Assembly: GCA_021399345.1 (NCBI GenBank)
Contig: JAAFKI010000045.1
Location: 1 to 64,000 of the forward strand
DNA: 64,000 nt
From: Candidatus Heimdallarchaeota archaeon
GTDB taxonomy: Archaea; Asgardarchaeota; Heimdallarchaeia; Heimdallarchaeales; Heimdallarchaeaceae
Direction: 5' to 3'
Below are positions 1 to 10,121 of this stretch, one piece after another (positions within the stretch are counted from its first letter, which is position 1; every line of letters starts with the position of its first letter). A model generated the notes under the pieces. The model did not search any database. It saw only the letters and a program-made list of their open reading frames with translations, and was not told where the DNA came from. A program made the position numbers and the translations under genes.

Positions 1-3000
1 CATAAAACTAAAGATGGAAGGGTGATAATTGTGGAAATTAGTTCTCACTTATTCACTCTTGGTGATGACTTAGTTAGTTTAGCTGTTGTAAGAGATATCA
101 CCGAAAGGAAAGAAGAACAAGATGAATTGATAGAAAGTGAAGAAAAGTTCAGACAAATAGTCCAGAATGTAGATGAAGCTATTTTCATGTCACCCTTAAC
201 AGCTGATAACATGATGGGGAAGTTTATAGAAGTAAATTATATAGCATGTGAATGGACTGGATTTTCAAGAGAAGAACTTCTTCAAATGGCACCAGTTGAT
301 TTACATACCCCAGAAGAAACTGTTGGACAATCAGAAATCGGTAAAAATCTATTAGAAAAAAGTAGAGTTACATTCGAAGGGTACATAATTCACAAAGACG
401 GTAGTAAGATTCCAGTTGAATATAACTCAAATATCTTCTTAATGAACAATGAAAAAGTTGTTTTAACAACAGCTAGAGATTTAAGAGAGAGAAGAAAAGC
501 AGAGGCGGAGATTACTAGTAGTGAAGAAAGGTTTAGACAGATATTCCATAATTCAAGTGATGCTATCTTCTTAACTTACCTAAGAGAAAATGGTTCTTCA
601 AGTAAATTTATTGAAGCAAATAATGTAGCACTACGATGGTTAGGTTTTTCTAAAGAAGAATTGCTTGATAAGTTTTCTAGTGATATTACAACTCCTGAAG
701 AGATAGATTACAATTCTGAGTATACAAAAAAGATTGTGGATACAGGTCATATGACTTTTGAGACTATTCTATTTTCTAAGGATAGAAAACGAATACCAGT
801 TGAAATTAATTCACATATCTTCGAATTACAATCTCAAAAAGTAATACTTTCAATAGCAAGGGATATTACTGAAAGGAAAAAAGCCCAAAGAGACTTAATG
901 GAAAGTGAGGAAAAATACAGAAAATTAGTTGAAACAATTCCCGCAGCAATTATACGTTCAGATTCATCTGGTAGAGTGACATTTGTCAATAAAAGAGCAG
1001 CTATTCTTCATGGTTATGAGAATGAAGATCAATTGCTTGGAAAGAAGACTGATGAACTAATCGCCTATGAGGATACTTTTACAGCTCAAGATGTTCAAAG
1101 AAGAACCATAGAAGATGGATTCATTCATGATATTGAAATTTCAATTTTAAGAAAAGACGAAACAACCATCCCAGGGGTGTTTCATGCAGCAGCTATAAAA
1201 GATAAAGAAGGAAGCGTTTTTGGTTTTATAGGTGTTGAAATTGATATTACTGAAAGGAAAAAAGCAGAAGAAGATCTTAAAGAAAGTGAACAAAAATTTA
1301 GACAAATATTCCAAAATGCAAAAGATGCAATTTTCATTCACAAAATAGATGAATATGACGAAATTGGGGATATGTTGGAAGTAAATGAAACAGCTTGTCA
1401 GTGGTTGGGGTACACTCGAAAAGAGCTTCTTAACTATGAAATTAATGCAAATAGTAATATTAGTAATCTTCAATTTTCGTTGGAAATTACAGAAGATCTA
1501 TTCGCAGCAGGAACAAAAACTTTCGAAACGCAAATAGAGAATAACAAAGGTGAATTGCGACCAGTGGAGCTCAGTTCCCATCTCTTTACACTGGGAGATC
1601 AACAAGTATTGCTGTCTGTAGCTAGAGATATAACCGAACAAAAGATAGCTGAACTTTCTATTAGGAAGAGTGAAGAAAGATATAGAACACTTATTGAAAC
1701 CTCTCCTGACGCTATTATTCTGATTGATCTAGATGGACGAGTTTCTTTTGCCAATCAACAGACTGCAAATATGTATGAATATGATGATATAGAAGATATG
1801 ATTGGTTTGACAACTGTTGATTTTATTGCTAGAGAGAATCTAGAATTTGCAAATAATCAACTAAAACTAGTTTTAACTGAAGGACGATTACAAAATACTC
1901 AATTTATGTCACTAAAGAGAGATGGAAGCAAATTTCCAATAGAACTAAGTGCTTCTCTAACTACAGATGAGGAAGGAAATCCTTCTGAAATAATGGCTGT
2001 TATTGGAGATATTGAGGAAAGAATGAAAGCTGAATCAGCACTAAAAGAAAGCGAAGAAAAATTCAGACAAACTTTTGATCAATCAAATGATGGAATATTC
2101 CTACATGATTTAAGAGGAAATATTTTGGATGTCAATCTTCGAGTTAAAGAGCTCTTTGGTTATTCTAAATCGGAATTTCTTCAATTAACTATAATGCAAT
2201 TGCACCCAATTACTGAGCAGGAAACATCTAAGAAAGCATTTGATACAATAGAGGAAAAAGGTTCTGTTAATTTTGAAACCAGATTCCGAAGAAAAGATGG
2301 TTCAGTCTTCCCAGCAGATGTATCTTCTAGTAGGTTTGAAATAGGAGGAATAGAGGTTGTTCAGGGAATTGTCAGGAATATAACTGACCGTAAAAAAGCT
2401 GAAGAAGAACTTATAGAGAGAGAAGAACAATATAGACAAATTTTCAATAATACAAATGATGCTATTTTCTTGACAAATGTCGATGAAGAAAGAAATAGTA
2501 CTAGTACATTCATAGAGGTTAATGACGTAGCTTGCACACTATTGGGATATGAAAGGGATGAACTTTTAAAAATGAAATCCTCTGAGATTACAGCTCCTGA
2601 AGACAGAGATGTACTTTCTGAAAACATTCATCAAATTATAAAGGAAAGAGTGACAACTTTCGAAAATACGCTAATATCAAAGGATGGAAAAAGAATTCCT
2701 ACTGAAATCAGTTCTCATGTTTTTGAGCTACGCGGTGAAATGTGTGTTCTATCAGTATCTAGAGATATTACTGAGAGAAAAAATGCAGAGAGAGAATTAA
2801 TGGAAAGTGAGGAAAGATATCGTAAGCTCTTCCATGAAGCAAATGATATTATTGCAATTCTGAGTATACCACGAGATGGTTCTATCGGTAATATTGTTGA
2901 AGCAAATGATCCAGCATTAGTAATGACCAAATATAAAAGAGAGGAACTAATTGGTTTGAGTCTTGTAGACCTTGTTAAGGATCTAACTGAGGAAGAGATA

Positions 3001-3471
3001 ATGGATTATTTCACTGAAATGATGGAAAAATATATCATTAGATTTGAACGAGAATTTATTCGAAAAGATGGAACAACTTTCCCAGTTGAAATCACTGCAA
3101 CACCCTTTACTCTAAAAGAAGAATTAACAATGTTAGTAACAGCAAGAGATATCACTGATAGAAAACGTGATAGGGAGCTACGAAGGCAAGCTTATGACCA
3201 AATTGCTCAAAATATTGAGGATTTCGCTGAACTGGTAGATAGAATTAGAAATCCTCTAATGGGAGTAATAGGTTATGCTGAACTTTCTGAAACCTTACAT
3301 TCAACAATTATAATCGAGGAAGCAAAGAAAATAGAAGAGATTACTCAAAAAATTTCAGACAGTTATCTAGAAACTGAAAAAGTAAGAAAAATCCTTAGAT
3401 TTGAGATTGATTCAAAAGAAAATAATGAAGCTGATTCAGAGACAGTGGAAGAAGGGGAAACAAAGGAGTAA
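1..3471 (+). CDS. Multi-PAS sensor protein (5'-partial; at least 8 complete PAS/PAC repeats) with C-terminal degenerate HisKA-like helix and no HATPase domain
   Basis: Frame is open from base 1 (HKTKDGRV...). Repeated units EE(K/R)(F/Y)R...DAIF...N...G...EEL...KDG..IPVE...RDITERK. The C-terminus LVDRIRNPL resembles the H-box HEIRNPL. Confidence 0.9.
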   Translation, partial: HKTKDGRVIIVEISSHLFTLGDDLVSLAVVRDITERKEEQDELIESEEKFRQIVQNVDEAIFMSPLTADNMMGKFIEVNYIACEWTGFSREELLQMAPVDLHTPEETVGQSEIGKNLLEKSRVTFEGYIIHKDGSKIPVEYNSNIFLMNNEKVVLTTARDLRERRKAEAEITSSEERFRQIFHNSSDAIFLTYLRENGSSSKFIEANNVALRWLGFSKEELLDKFSSDITTPEEIDYNSEYTKKIVDTGHMTFETILFSKDRKRIPVEINSHIFELQSQKVILSIARDITERKKAQRDLMESEEKYRKLVETIPAAIIRSDSSGRVTFVNKRAAILHGYENEDQLLGKKTDELIAYEDTFTAQDVQRRTIEDGFIHDIEISILRKDETTIPGVFHAAAIKDKEGSVFGFIGVEIDITERKKAEEDLKESEQKFRQIFQNAKDAIFIHKIDEYDEIGDMLEVNETACQWLGYTRKELLNYEINANSNISNLQFSLEITEDLFAAGTKTFETQIENNKGELRPVELSSHLFTLGDQQVLLSVARDITEQKIAELSIRKSEERYRTLIETSPDAIILIDLDGRVSFANQQTANMYEYDDIEDMIGLTTVDFIARENLEFANNQLKLVLTEGRLQNTQFMSLKRDGSKFPIELSASLTTDEEGNPSEIMAVIGDIEERMKAESALKESEEKFRQTFDQSNDGIFLHDLRGNILDVNLRVKELFGYSKSEFLQLTIMQLHPITEQETSKKAFDTIEEKGSVNFETRFRRKDGSVFPADVSSSRFEIGGIEVVQGIVRNITDRKKAEEELIEREEQYRQIFNNTNDAIFLTNVDEERNSTSTFIEVNDVACTLLGYERDELLKMKSSEITAPEDRDVLSENIHQIIKERVTTFENTLISKDGKRIPTEISSHVFELRGEMCVLSVSRDITERKNAERELMESEERYRKLFHEANDIIAILSIPRDGSIGNIVEANDPALVMTKYKREELIGLSLVDLVKDLTEEEIMDYFTEMMEKYIIRFEREFIRKDGTTFPVEITATPFTLKEELTMLVTARDITDRKRDRELRRQAYDQIAQNIEDFAELVDRIRNPLMGVIGYAELSETLHSTIIIEEAKKIEEITQKISDSYLETEKVRKILRFEIDSKENNEADSETVEEGETKE

Positions 3472-3507
3472 TGCCAATATTGGTTTATCCTAATTAACCT
3501 CCCAACA

Positions 3508-3515
3508 ATTTATAT
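3508..3515 (+). promoter_or_regulatory. Archaeal TATA box for a probably leaderless CaCA gene
   Basis: TTTATATA ending about 24 nt upstream of the ATG at 3539. Confidence 0.5.
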
Positions 3516-3538
3516 ATTACTCGAGAATATTTCTGAGT

Positions 3539-4786
3539 ATGAGTTTTCTCAAGAAATTCAAACATACATTTCACATAACAATTTGGGAGGCAATAATAGC
3601 TTTATCTATAATAATTACATATTTCATTTTAGCTAAAGCTGTTTATGCTGGTCATCCTCCTCTTTGGTTAACGATTTCAGGTTTTGTGGTAGGAACATGG
3701 TTAGCTTTTAGACCATCGGAGTGGGCTGTATCAGGATTGAAAAGTGGAGCAAAATATGTAGGTTTGTCAGAATATGTAGCAGGGGTATTATCAAGCATTG
3801 CTTCAAACTTACCAGAAGCTGTAATTGCAATTCTATTGATAATTAAAGGCCAACAACTAATTGCTGTGGTTACAGTTCTTTCGGCTGCAGGTTTCAATAC
3901 ACTAATTCTTGGGATTGCAATTCTAATTGCCACTTTAAAGAAAAAAGGTCATATTGCTGTTCCAGAAGAATTGGAAAAAAGAGAAGCACCGATAATTCGA
4001 TGGGCAATAGTTGCTCTATTAATGACAGTCCTTTTTGGAATCATTCAGTATACAGTACTTGGCTCTGAGGATGTAAATGTATTCGGATTCTTATATTTTG
4101 GTCATAGTACAACAGGTTTGCAAAAAGCTGTTTTAACAATACCAGTTGCTGCAATGCTGGCTCTTAGTTATATAATCTATCTAGTTTATCTTATTGCAGT
4201 TAAAGAAAACAATTCAAAGATGTCAAAGGGTTTGGAAGAGGAAGAAGAATCAAATCAAAACGACTCTCATGTTAAAGAAGAGGAAGAAGAAAATGAATCT
4301 CATGAAGATGGAAAACTTTCTGTACTTATGACAATAGTTTTACTAGTTTTAGGATTTGTAGGAATCTTCTTTGGAGGTGAAACCCTTACTGAGAGTGTTA
4401 GTCATCTTCTGGAAAACAGTTCGTTCTTCGCAACAACAAAAGGTCAGATCACAGCAGCATTAATTTTAGGTGCAGCAGGTGCAGTACCTGAACATAGTAT
4501 AGCGATCATATCAGCAGCAAAGGATGAAATTGAAGTCGGTATAGGTAATGCTATGGGTGGAATTTTACAATCAGCATTGTTGATTTTTGGTATTTTAGGA
4601 GTTATTGTTTCTATAACCCTGCATCCATTTGTTTTAATCCAACTAGGATCTATAGCTGGTACGCTTTGGTTTGTGAAACGTTGCATTCAAGATAAAAAGT
4701 TTGACACGTTTGAAGGAATTATGATTATAATTCTACAGATTCTGGTGTTTGTTATACTGTTTGAAGACATAGCAATACTTGTTTAA
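3539..4786 (+). CDS. Ca2+/cation antiporter (CaCA/CAX-like)
   Basis: About 11 hydrophobic segments, alpha-1 repeat SNLPE, alpha-2 repeat GAVPEH...GNAMG, acidic central loop. Confidence 0.85.
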   Translation: MSFLKKFKHTFHITIWEAIIALSIIITYFILAKAVYAGHPPLWLTISGFVVGTWLAFRPSEWAVSGLKSGAKYVGLSEYVAGVLSSIASNLPEAVIAILLIIKGQQLIAVVTVLSAAGFNTLILGIAILIATLKKKGHIAVPEELEKREAPIIRWAIVALLMTVLFGIIQYTVLGSEDVNVFGFLYFGHSTTGLQKAVLTIPVAAMLALSYIIYLVYLIAVKENNSKMSKGLEEEEESNQNDSHVKEEEEENESHEDGKLSVLMTIVLLVLGFVGIFFGGETLTESVSHLLENSSFFATTKGQITAALILGAAGAVPEHSIAIISAAKDEIEVGIGNAMGGILQSALLIFGILGVIVSITLHPFVLIQLGSIAGTLWFVKRCIQDKKFDTFEGIMIIILQILVFVILFEDIAILV

Positions 4787-4794
4787 TGAGAATC

Positions 4795-4814
4795 TCTCTT
4801 TTTTCTCTTTTTTT
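4795..4814 (+). terminator. Oligo-T archaeal terminator
   Basis: TCTCTTTTTTCTCTTTTTTT directly after the CaCA stop. Confidence 0.5.
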
Positions 4815-4886
4815 ATGAACATCATTGAAACTAATCTTCATCATTTTCCTTTCTGGGTTTAAATATTCTACACTAGACTTTATGTT

Positions 4887-5123
4887 ATGCATAGCCACCA
4901 GATTCTACCTGGTACGGATCAAACTGAGAAGGAGGTAATATTATTACACAAAAATGGGGAAATCATCTCTATAAACAGAACCGTCTATCAAGTTAGAATT
5001 TACAGGGAGCCAAATAGAAAAATTTTCACAACCTCAATTGAAAGAGCTTATCTAATTTTAAAAAAGAACGATTATGATTATTCAGAAGCAGACTTTTACT
5101 ATAATAATAAAAATGAAGGGTGA
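4887..5123 (+). CDS. Small hypothetical protein
   Basis: 78-aa ORF filling an intergenic gap, with TTTAAATA about 25 nt upstream. Confidence 0.5.
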   Translation: MHSHQILPGTDQTEKEVILLHKNGEIISINRTVYQVRIYREPNRKIFTTSIERAYLILKKNDYDYSEADFYYNNKNEG

Positions 5124-5127
5124 AGTA

Positions 5128-6360
5128 TCAATTTACTTCATCAAATACTCTCTCTATAACTCCTAAAGCCCATGTTAGTTCAGATTTTGTTACTACTAAG
5201 GGAGGTGCAAACCTAATTGAAAATTCATGTGTTTCTTTAGCAAGTAAACCTACAGGAGAATTATTCATCATTGCTTCAGTATAGGGTCGAGCTTTATCAT
5301 TTAGCTCAATAGCGACTAAAAGACCCTTTCCTCTAACTTCCTTAATTTTCTTTGGATATTTTTCTTGAATTCTCTTTAAACCATCAACAAAGAATTTACC
5401 AAGCTCTAGAGATATTGCAGAATAATCTACTTCTCTGATAAGATTGCACACAGCATCTAGTACAGCCATTCCTAAACTATTTCCTCCCCAGGTGGAACCG
5501 TGAGTTCCGGGAGTAAGAACATCCATTACATCCCAACTTGATAAAACACCAGATACTGGAAAAACTCCTCCACCTACTGCTTTAGCAACAAGAGTAATAT
5601 CAGGTTTGACACCTTCATGATCAGAAGCAAAAAGAGATCCTGTTCGACAGAGACCAGTTTGGATTTCATCAGCAATTGTAAGAATATTGTTTTTCTTACA
5701 AATTGCTTCTACCTCTTTCAGATATCCTTCAGGAGGAATTAAAACTCCTGCTTCTCCTTGAATTGGTTCAAACATGAAAGCCACTGTATTCTTATTAATT
5801 GCTTTCTCTAACGCTTTAGCCTCACCATATGGTATAACCTTAAAACCAGGTGTCTTTGGACCGAAACCAGAAACCGCATCAGGATCAGTTGAAAAACCAA
5901 CTATTGTAATTGTTCTTCCATGGAAGTTATTTTCACAAACAACAATTTCTGCTTTGTTTTCGTCTACTCCCTTCTTATCATAACCCCATTTTCTGGCTAT
6001 TTTCAGAGCGGATTCAACAGCTTCAGCACCTGTGTTCATTGGAAGAAAGACTTCATAGTTAGTCAATTCACACAAATTCTTTGCTGCTTCGCCCATAGTA
6101 TCATTGCAAAAAGCTCTAGATGTCAGAATGACCTTATTTGCTTGCTTCTTGAGCGCTTTTACTAATTTAGGATTGTTATGACCAAAATTCTGGCTTGAAT
6201 AAGCACTTAAACAATCCAAGTATTTTTTGCCATTGACATCCCAAACCCATGTTCCCTTAGCTTTCTTAATAACTACAGGAATTGGTTTGTAATTGTGAGC
6301 GGTCCATTTTTTGTCTAATTCTAAATAATATTTTGACTTATTCTTGATATTTTTAGGCAT
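5128..6360 (-). CDS. rocD: Ornithine--oxo-acid aminotransferase (class III PLP)
   Basis: AHNYKPIPVV, DCLSAYS, NTGAEAVE, NFHGRT, EPIQGEAG, DEIQTGLCRTG, PGTHGSTWGGN, IRFAPPL. Confidence 0.92.
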   Translation of the reverse strand: MPKNIKNKSKYYLELDKKWTAHNYKPIPVVIKKAKGTWVWDVNGKKYLDCLSAYSSQNFGHNNPKLVKALKKQANKVILTSRAFCNDTMGEAAKNLCELTNYEVFLPMNTGAEAVESALKIARKWGYDKKGVDENKAEIVVCENNFHGRTITIVGFSTDPDAVSGFGPKTPGFKVIPYGEAKALEKAINKNTVAFMFEPIQGEAGVLIPPEGYLKEVEAICKKNNILTIADEIQTGLCRTGSLFASDHEGVKPDITLVAKAVGGGVFPVSGVLSSWDVMDVLTPGTHGSTWGGNSLGMAVLDAVCNLIREVDYSAISLELGKFFVDGLKRIQEKYPKKIKEVRGKGLLVAIELNDKARPYTEAMMNNSPVGLLAKETHEFSIRFAPPLVVTKSELTWALGVIERVFDEVN

Positions 6361-6427
6361 ACAACCACAACTTTCAGTTCTCTGAAGGGGAGTTGATTTT
6401 TAAAATTTTAGATACAAAGAAGATAAA

Positions 6428-7435
6428 CTATGATCTTCTTTTCTTTCTGATGTAAATCAAACCTGAAAGTAGGGTAATGGCAGCTAATATTGATAAGATT
6501 GAGAAAGGGGTTTTTTCAATAGAGATATAGACTTCCATATCATTAATCACAAATAAGCTGTCTACTAAAAATATGAAAATATCGCCAAGAGCTTGTTCTC
6601 CTTCAATCCACTCAATAGAGCTAAAATCATACTCAAAATGCTGTATTATTGTTACAATAGATGTACCAAAATGAATAGCTGTTTCAAAACCAATCAGTGA
6701 TAATTTAACATTGGAAAAATCTAAGGTTATATTGCTGACAAGTGTATTAAATTCGATACTTTTATCTTCAATAGGTACTTCAGTAAAATAGATATCATCT
6801 GGATCGGTCCATGATAGCTCTTCACCTAAAACTATTGCATCCAATCTAATTGTTCCTTTCAGCAAAACAATAGGAGTAAGTTCTAGACCAAGTGATTGTA
6901 GCTCTGGTAATCCAGGAATTTCAAGACCATCTACTGTAAAGAGGATAGGACTGAAATTTATGGGAACCGTGATATTTTCTCCCAATAAAGTTTCAAAATC
7001 AGCAAAAGATTCAATTTCACCTTCCTTCACATCAATATAAACAGGTCCAGTACTTGGGGTTACTATAATTATTGTACCATTTAATCCGAGTGTGAAATTA
7101 CCTGGATTACTACTTATTTGTAACCCAAATTCTGTGGTACCATCTTTAACATCCTTGTTCAAGTATGAAGTAAAATTAAGAGGTACATGCATATTTGTGG
7201 TAAAGGATAGTCTTGGTGCAATTGCATATCCCAAAGTGTCATTTGCAATGTTAAAAAATAAGTTTATTTTATAATCTTGAGTGAAGTTTACTAAACTAGA
7301 AGAAGTAAACCAGTCTTCGATATTTTCGATTGTATCCTTTTGAAATTCAGCGGTAACATTACTGTTTAGTGATTGAAAACCTAAACTGAGTAGAATTGTT
7401 AATGTAATTATAGTAAATATTCGATTCTTCTTCAT
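6428..7435 (-). CDS. Secreted cell-surface protein with C-terminal TM anchor and basic tail
   Basis: Likely start MKKNRIF (ATG 7435) followed by a signal-peptide-like hydrophobic run; ends TPFSILSILAAITLLSGLIYIRKKRRS. Confidence 0.75.
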   Translation of the reverse strand: MKKNRIFTIITLTILLSLGFQSLNSNVTAEFQKDTIENIEDWFTSSSLVNFTQDYKINLFFNIANDTLGYAIAPRLSFTTNMHVPLNFTSYLNKDVKDGTTEFGLQISSNPGNFTLGLNGTIIIVTPSTGPVYIDVKEGEIESFADFETLLGENITVPINFSPILFTVDGLEIPGLPELQSLGLELTPIVLLKGTIRLDAIVLGEELSWTDPDDIYFTEVPIEDKSIEFNTLVSNITLDFSNVKLSLIGFETAIHFGTSIVTIIQHFEYDFSSIEWIEGEQALGDIFIFLVDSLFVINDMEVYISIEKTPFSILSILAAITLLSGLIYIRKKRRS

Positions 7436-7541
7436 TATCTTCAAAATAATAACGGGAACATAATCTATAAAAGCTTTGTATTTACAAAAATTGGTTAGAA
7501 AACCCAAAAGAATTTAATACAGCATACTCTAATAAAAAGAT

Positions 7542-8522
7542 ATGAATGAAAAATCCATGGAAATGGAAGATAAAAGTAAGCAAAGACGACTAAGAAAAGA
7601 AAAAAAACAGAAAGAAAAAAAAGTAAAAGTCAGAGAAAAAACCTTTTGGCAAATTGTCTGGTCAGGAGTACTTGTCTTTCTTAAGATTATCTGGAAAATT
7701 ATCAAATTCATTCTAAAATATATCCTATTTCCATTCTGGATTACAGGGGTTTTACTTGTTAAATGGTATAAATTCTTGCGATTCAGAAGCGACGATCCTT
7801 TATCGAAAGAAGATAGAAATTTCCTCTCCTTAATCCCTCATACTTTCTTTATGATTGGAATAACAATTGTTCTATTCTATCTATTGTTTTACTTAGATGT
7901 CTTTGAAGATACTAAGAACTTAATTGATCCAGGATTCTGGGCATCTATTGGCAGCTGGTTTGTTGATTTAGGTCAAGGGATAGGTTGGTTATTAAATCAA
8001 ATTTTTGTTATATTTCTTTGGGGAATGATTGTAGAACCTTTTTCTGAAATTCTTTCATCTCACCAATGGGTTTCAGCTGCAGTTCTTCTGGCTGTAGTAA
8101 TCGTTGGTGGAGGATTATTGATTCTACTATATAATCTAATAAAGAAAGGGAAGCTGATTATATGGTTGAAAAAGGTTTCCAGAGGATTAACTGACTGGGT
8201 TAAGAGTACTCATCAGAAGGTAAAAGACTTTATTCTGAAGTATCTCATTGGTGAAAAATATGTGAACCTAAGATCAAAGAATTTCTTCTGGACAAATGTT
8301 TTATTCCAGCTAATAGTAACAGTAGTCTTCTTTGTTTTTGCAATCTATATGGGAATTCAGAAATATTTCAACGATCCTGGAGCTCCTTGGGGAGAAGGAG
8401 ATGTTCTAAGATTTGCAGCCTATGCAGCAGCTATCCTATTCGTTGGTGTAGGAATATTTGCTACTTGGTTCTTTACACTCGTACATGGTGTTTCTTCAGA
8501 TCCTCCAGAAAAAACAGAATAA
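7542..8522 (+). CDS. Hypothetical multi-pass membrane protein
   Basis: Lys-rich N-terminus and about 6 hydrophobic segments. Confidence 0.75.
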   Translation: MNEKSMEMEDKSKQRRLRKEKKQKEKKVKVREKTFWQIVWSGVLVFLKIIWKIIKFILKYILFPFWITGVLLVKWYKFLRFRSDDPLSKEDRNFLSLIPHTFFMIGITIVLFYLLFYLDVFEDTKNLIDPGFWASIGSWFVDLGQGIGWLLNQIFVIFLWGMIVEPFSEILSSHQWVSAAVLLAVVIVGGGLLILLYNLIKKGKLIIWLKKVSRGLTDWVKSTHQKVKDFILKYLIGEKYVNLRSKNFFWTNVLFQLIVTVVFFVFAIYMGIQKYFNDPGAPWGEGDVLRFAAYAAAILFVGVGIFATWFFTLVHGVSSDPPEKTE

Positions 8523-8635
8523 TATTGAAAAAATTCTTCTTTTTTCCTCTATTTTTTAAAATTAAGCACTTATTTAATTGATGACAGAAACTTTAAAACC
8601 TAGTTTTTACAAGTTTGCACATTATTGGTGATGAA

Positions 8636-9649
8636 ATGGCAATTCGAATTGGTATAAATGGTTTTGGAAGAATTGGAAGAGGGATTTTTCGAGCAGGATT
8701 TAACAATCCAGATATTGAATTTGTTGGAATTAATGATATTGGTGATTCAAAAACTATGGCTCATTTACTGAAGTACGATAGTGTTCATGGTATTTTTAAT
8801 CACAAAATTGAAGCAACTGATTCATATCTAATTGTTGATGATGTAAAAATACCTATTTCAAAAGAAAGGGATCCAGTAAATATTCCTTGGAAGGATTGGG
8901 GAGTTGAGATAGTTTTCGAATGTGTAGGATTTTTTAGAACATTTGAGCTGGCGTATAAGCACATTGAAGGAGGAGCGAAAAAAGTAATTCTATCAGCACC
9001 AGATAAAGGCAAAGTAAAACCTATTCCCCCAATTGTGTTAGGGGTTAATGAAGACAAATTCAATCCCACAGATGATGATATTATCTCTAATGCTAGTTGC
9101 ACAACTAACTGCTATGCACCAGTAACCAAGGTTTTAGATGAAGCATTTGGTATTGAATCAGGATTTATGACTACTATTCATTCCTATACAACAGATCAAA
9201 GATTATTAGACTTACCTCATAGTGATTTACGTAGATCAAGATCAGCAGCTCTATCTATGATTCCAACATCTACAGGTGCTGCTACAGCAGTAGGAAAAGT
9301 ACTACCACATCTTCAAGGAAAACTTGATGCCATGTCAGTAAGGGTTCCAACTCCAAATGTTTCGCTAATAGATGCGGTTTATACTCTTGGAAAAGAAGTA
9401 ACTGCAGAAGAGGTTAATAACAAATTCATTGAAGCATCAAAAAGCAATTTAAAAGACATCTTAGCTGTTTCTGATGAACCTCTAGTTTCTATAGATTACA
9501 ACGGAAATCCGTTCTCTGCAACTGTTGATTTATCTTTAACAAAAGCAATTAAGAATCAAATCAAAGTTGTTGCTTGGTATGACAATGAAACTGGATACTC
9601 AACAAGAATGGTAGATTTAGCAAAATATATTGCAAGTAAGGGACTATAA
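8636..9649 (+). CDS. gap: Glyceraldehyde-3-phosphate dehydrogenase, class I (bacterial/eukaryotic type)
   Basis: INGFGRIGR, SNASCTTNC, RVPTPNVS, WYDNE; GGTGA RBS before ATG 8636. Confidence 0.95.
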   Translation: MAIRIGINGFGRIGRGIFRAGFNNPDIEFVGINDIGDSKTMAHLLKYDSVHGIFNHKIEATDSYLIVDDVKIPISKERDPVNIPWKDWGVEIVFECVGFFRTFELAYKHIEGGAKKVILSAPDKGKVKPIPPIVLGVNEDKFNPTDDDIISNASCTTNCYAPVTKVLDEAFGIESGFMTTIHSYTTDQRLLDLPHSDLRRSRSAALSMIPTSTGAATAVGKVLPHLQGKLDAMSVRVPTPNVSLIDAVYTLGKEVTAEEVNNKFIEASKSNLKDILAVSDEPLVSIDYNGNPFSATVDLSLTKAIKNQIKVVAWYDNETGYSTRMVDLAKYIASKGL

Positions 9650-9651
9650 TG

Positions 9652-10017
9652 CTACATCTCTTCTAGACTTTTTATCAAAGCAACTAAGGCTTTGTATAAA
9701 CAATCTGAGCATTCTTTAGCATCAGGATCCATGAAAAGTAGAGTTTCTCTTGTGTTTTCATAGACTTTTTGAGGTATTGATCTACCTCTGAGTTCTATTC
9801 TTTTCTTTTTAGTTGGACAATAAATTAAACCTTCATCATCCAAAACCACAGCGTTTAAACAGAATGTGGGGTTAGCAAACTCTTCCAAATCTGCAACAAG
9901 AAGCTCATCTGGATCATAAAAAGAGACTAATAGAATCATTTCAAGCTCATCTTCTAGAATACAATAAGTAGTATATTCAATCTCTCTATGCATTGGACAG
10001 GGTTGCATTATCCACAT
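9652..10017 (-). CDS. Small acidic Cys-containing hypothetical protein
   Basis: 121 aa with CPMH, CPTK and CSDC motifs; possibly metal-binding. Confidence 0.65.
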   Translation of the reverse strand: MWIMQPCPMHREIEYTTYCILEDELEMILLVSFYDPDELLVADLEEFANPTFCLNAVVLDDEGLIYCPTKKKRIELRGRSIPQKVYENTRETLLFMDPDAKECSDCLYKALVALIKSLEEM

Positions 10018-10121
10018 CAGAATCTACGCCTTGATATAGACATCTGCCAATGATAAATAAAAATCTTACATAATACCTAGGCGATATGAATCAAGTGAAA
10101 GAAAAAGGGAAAAAAGAGAGA

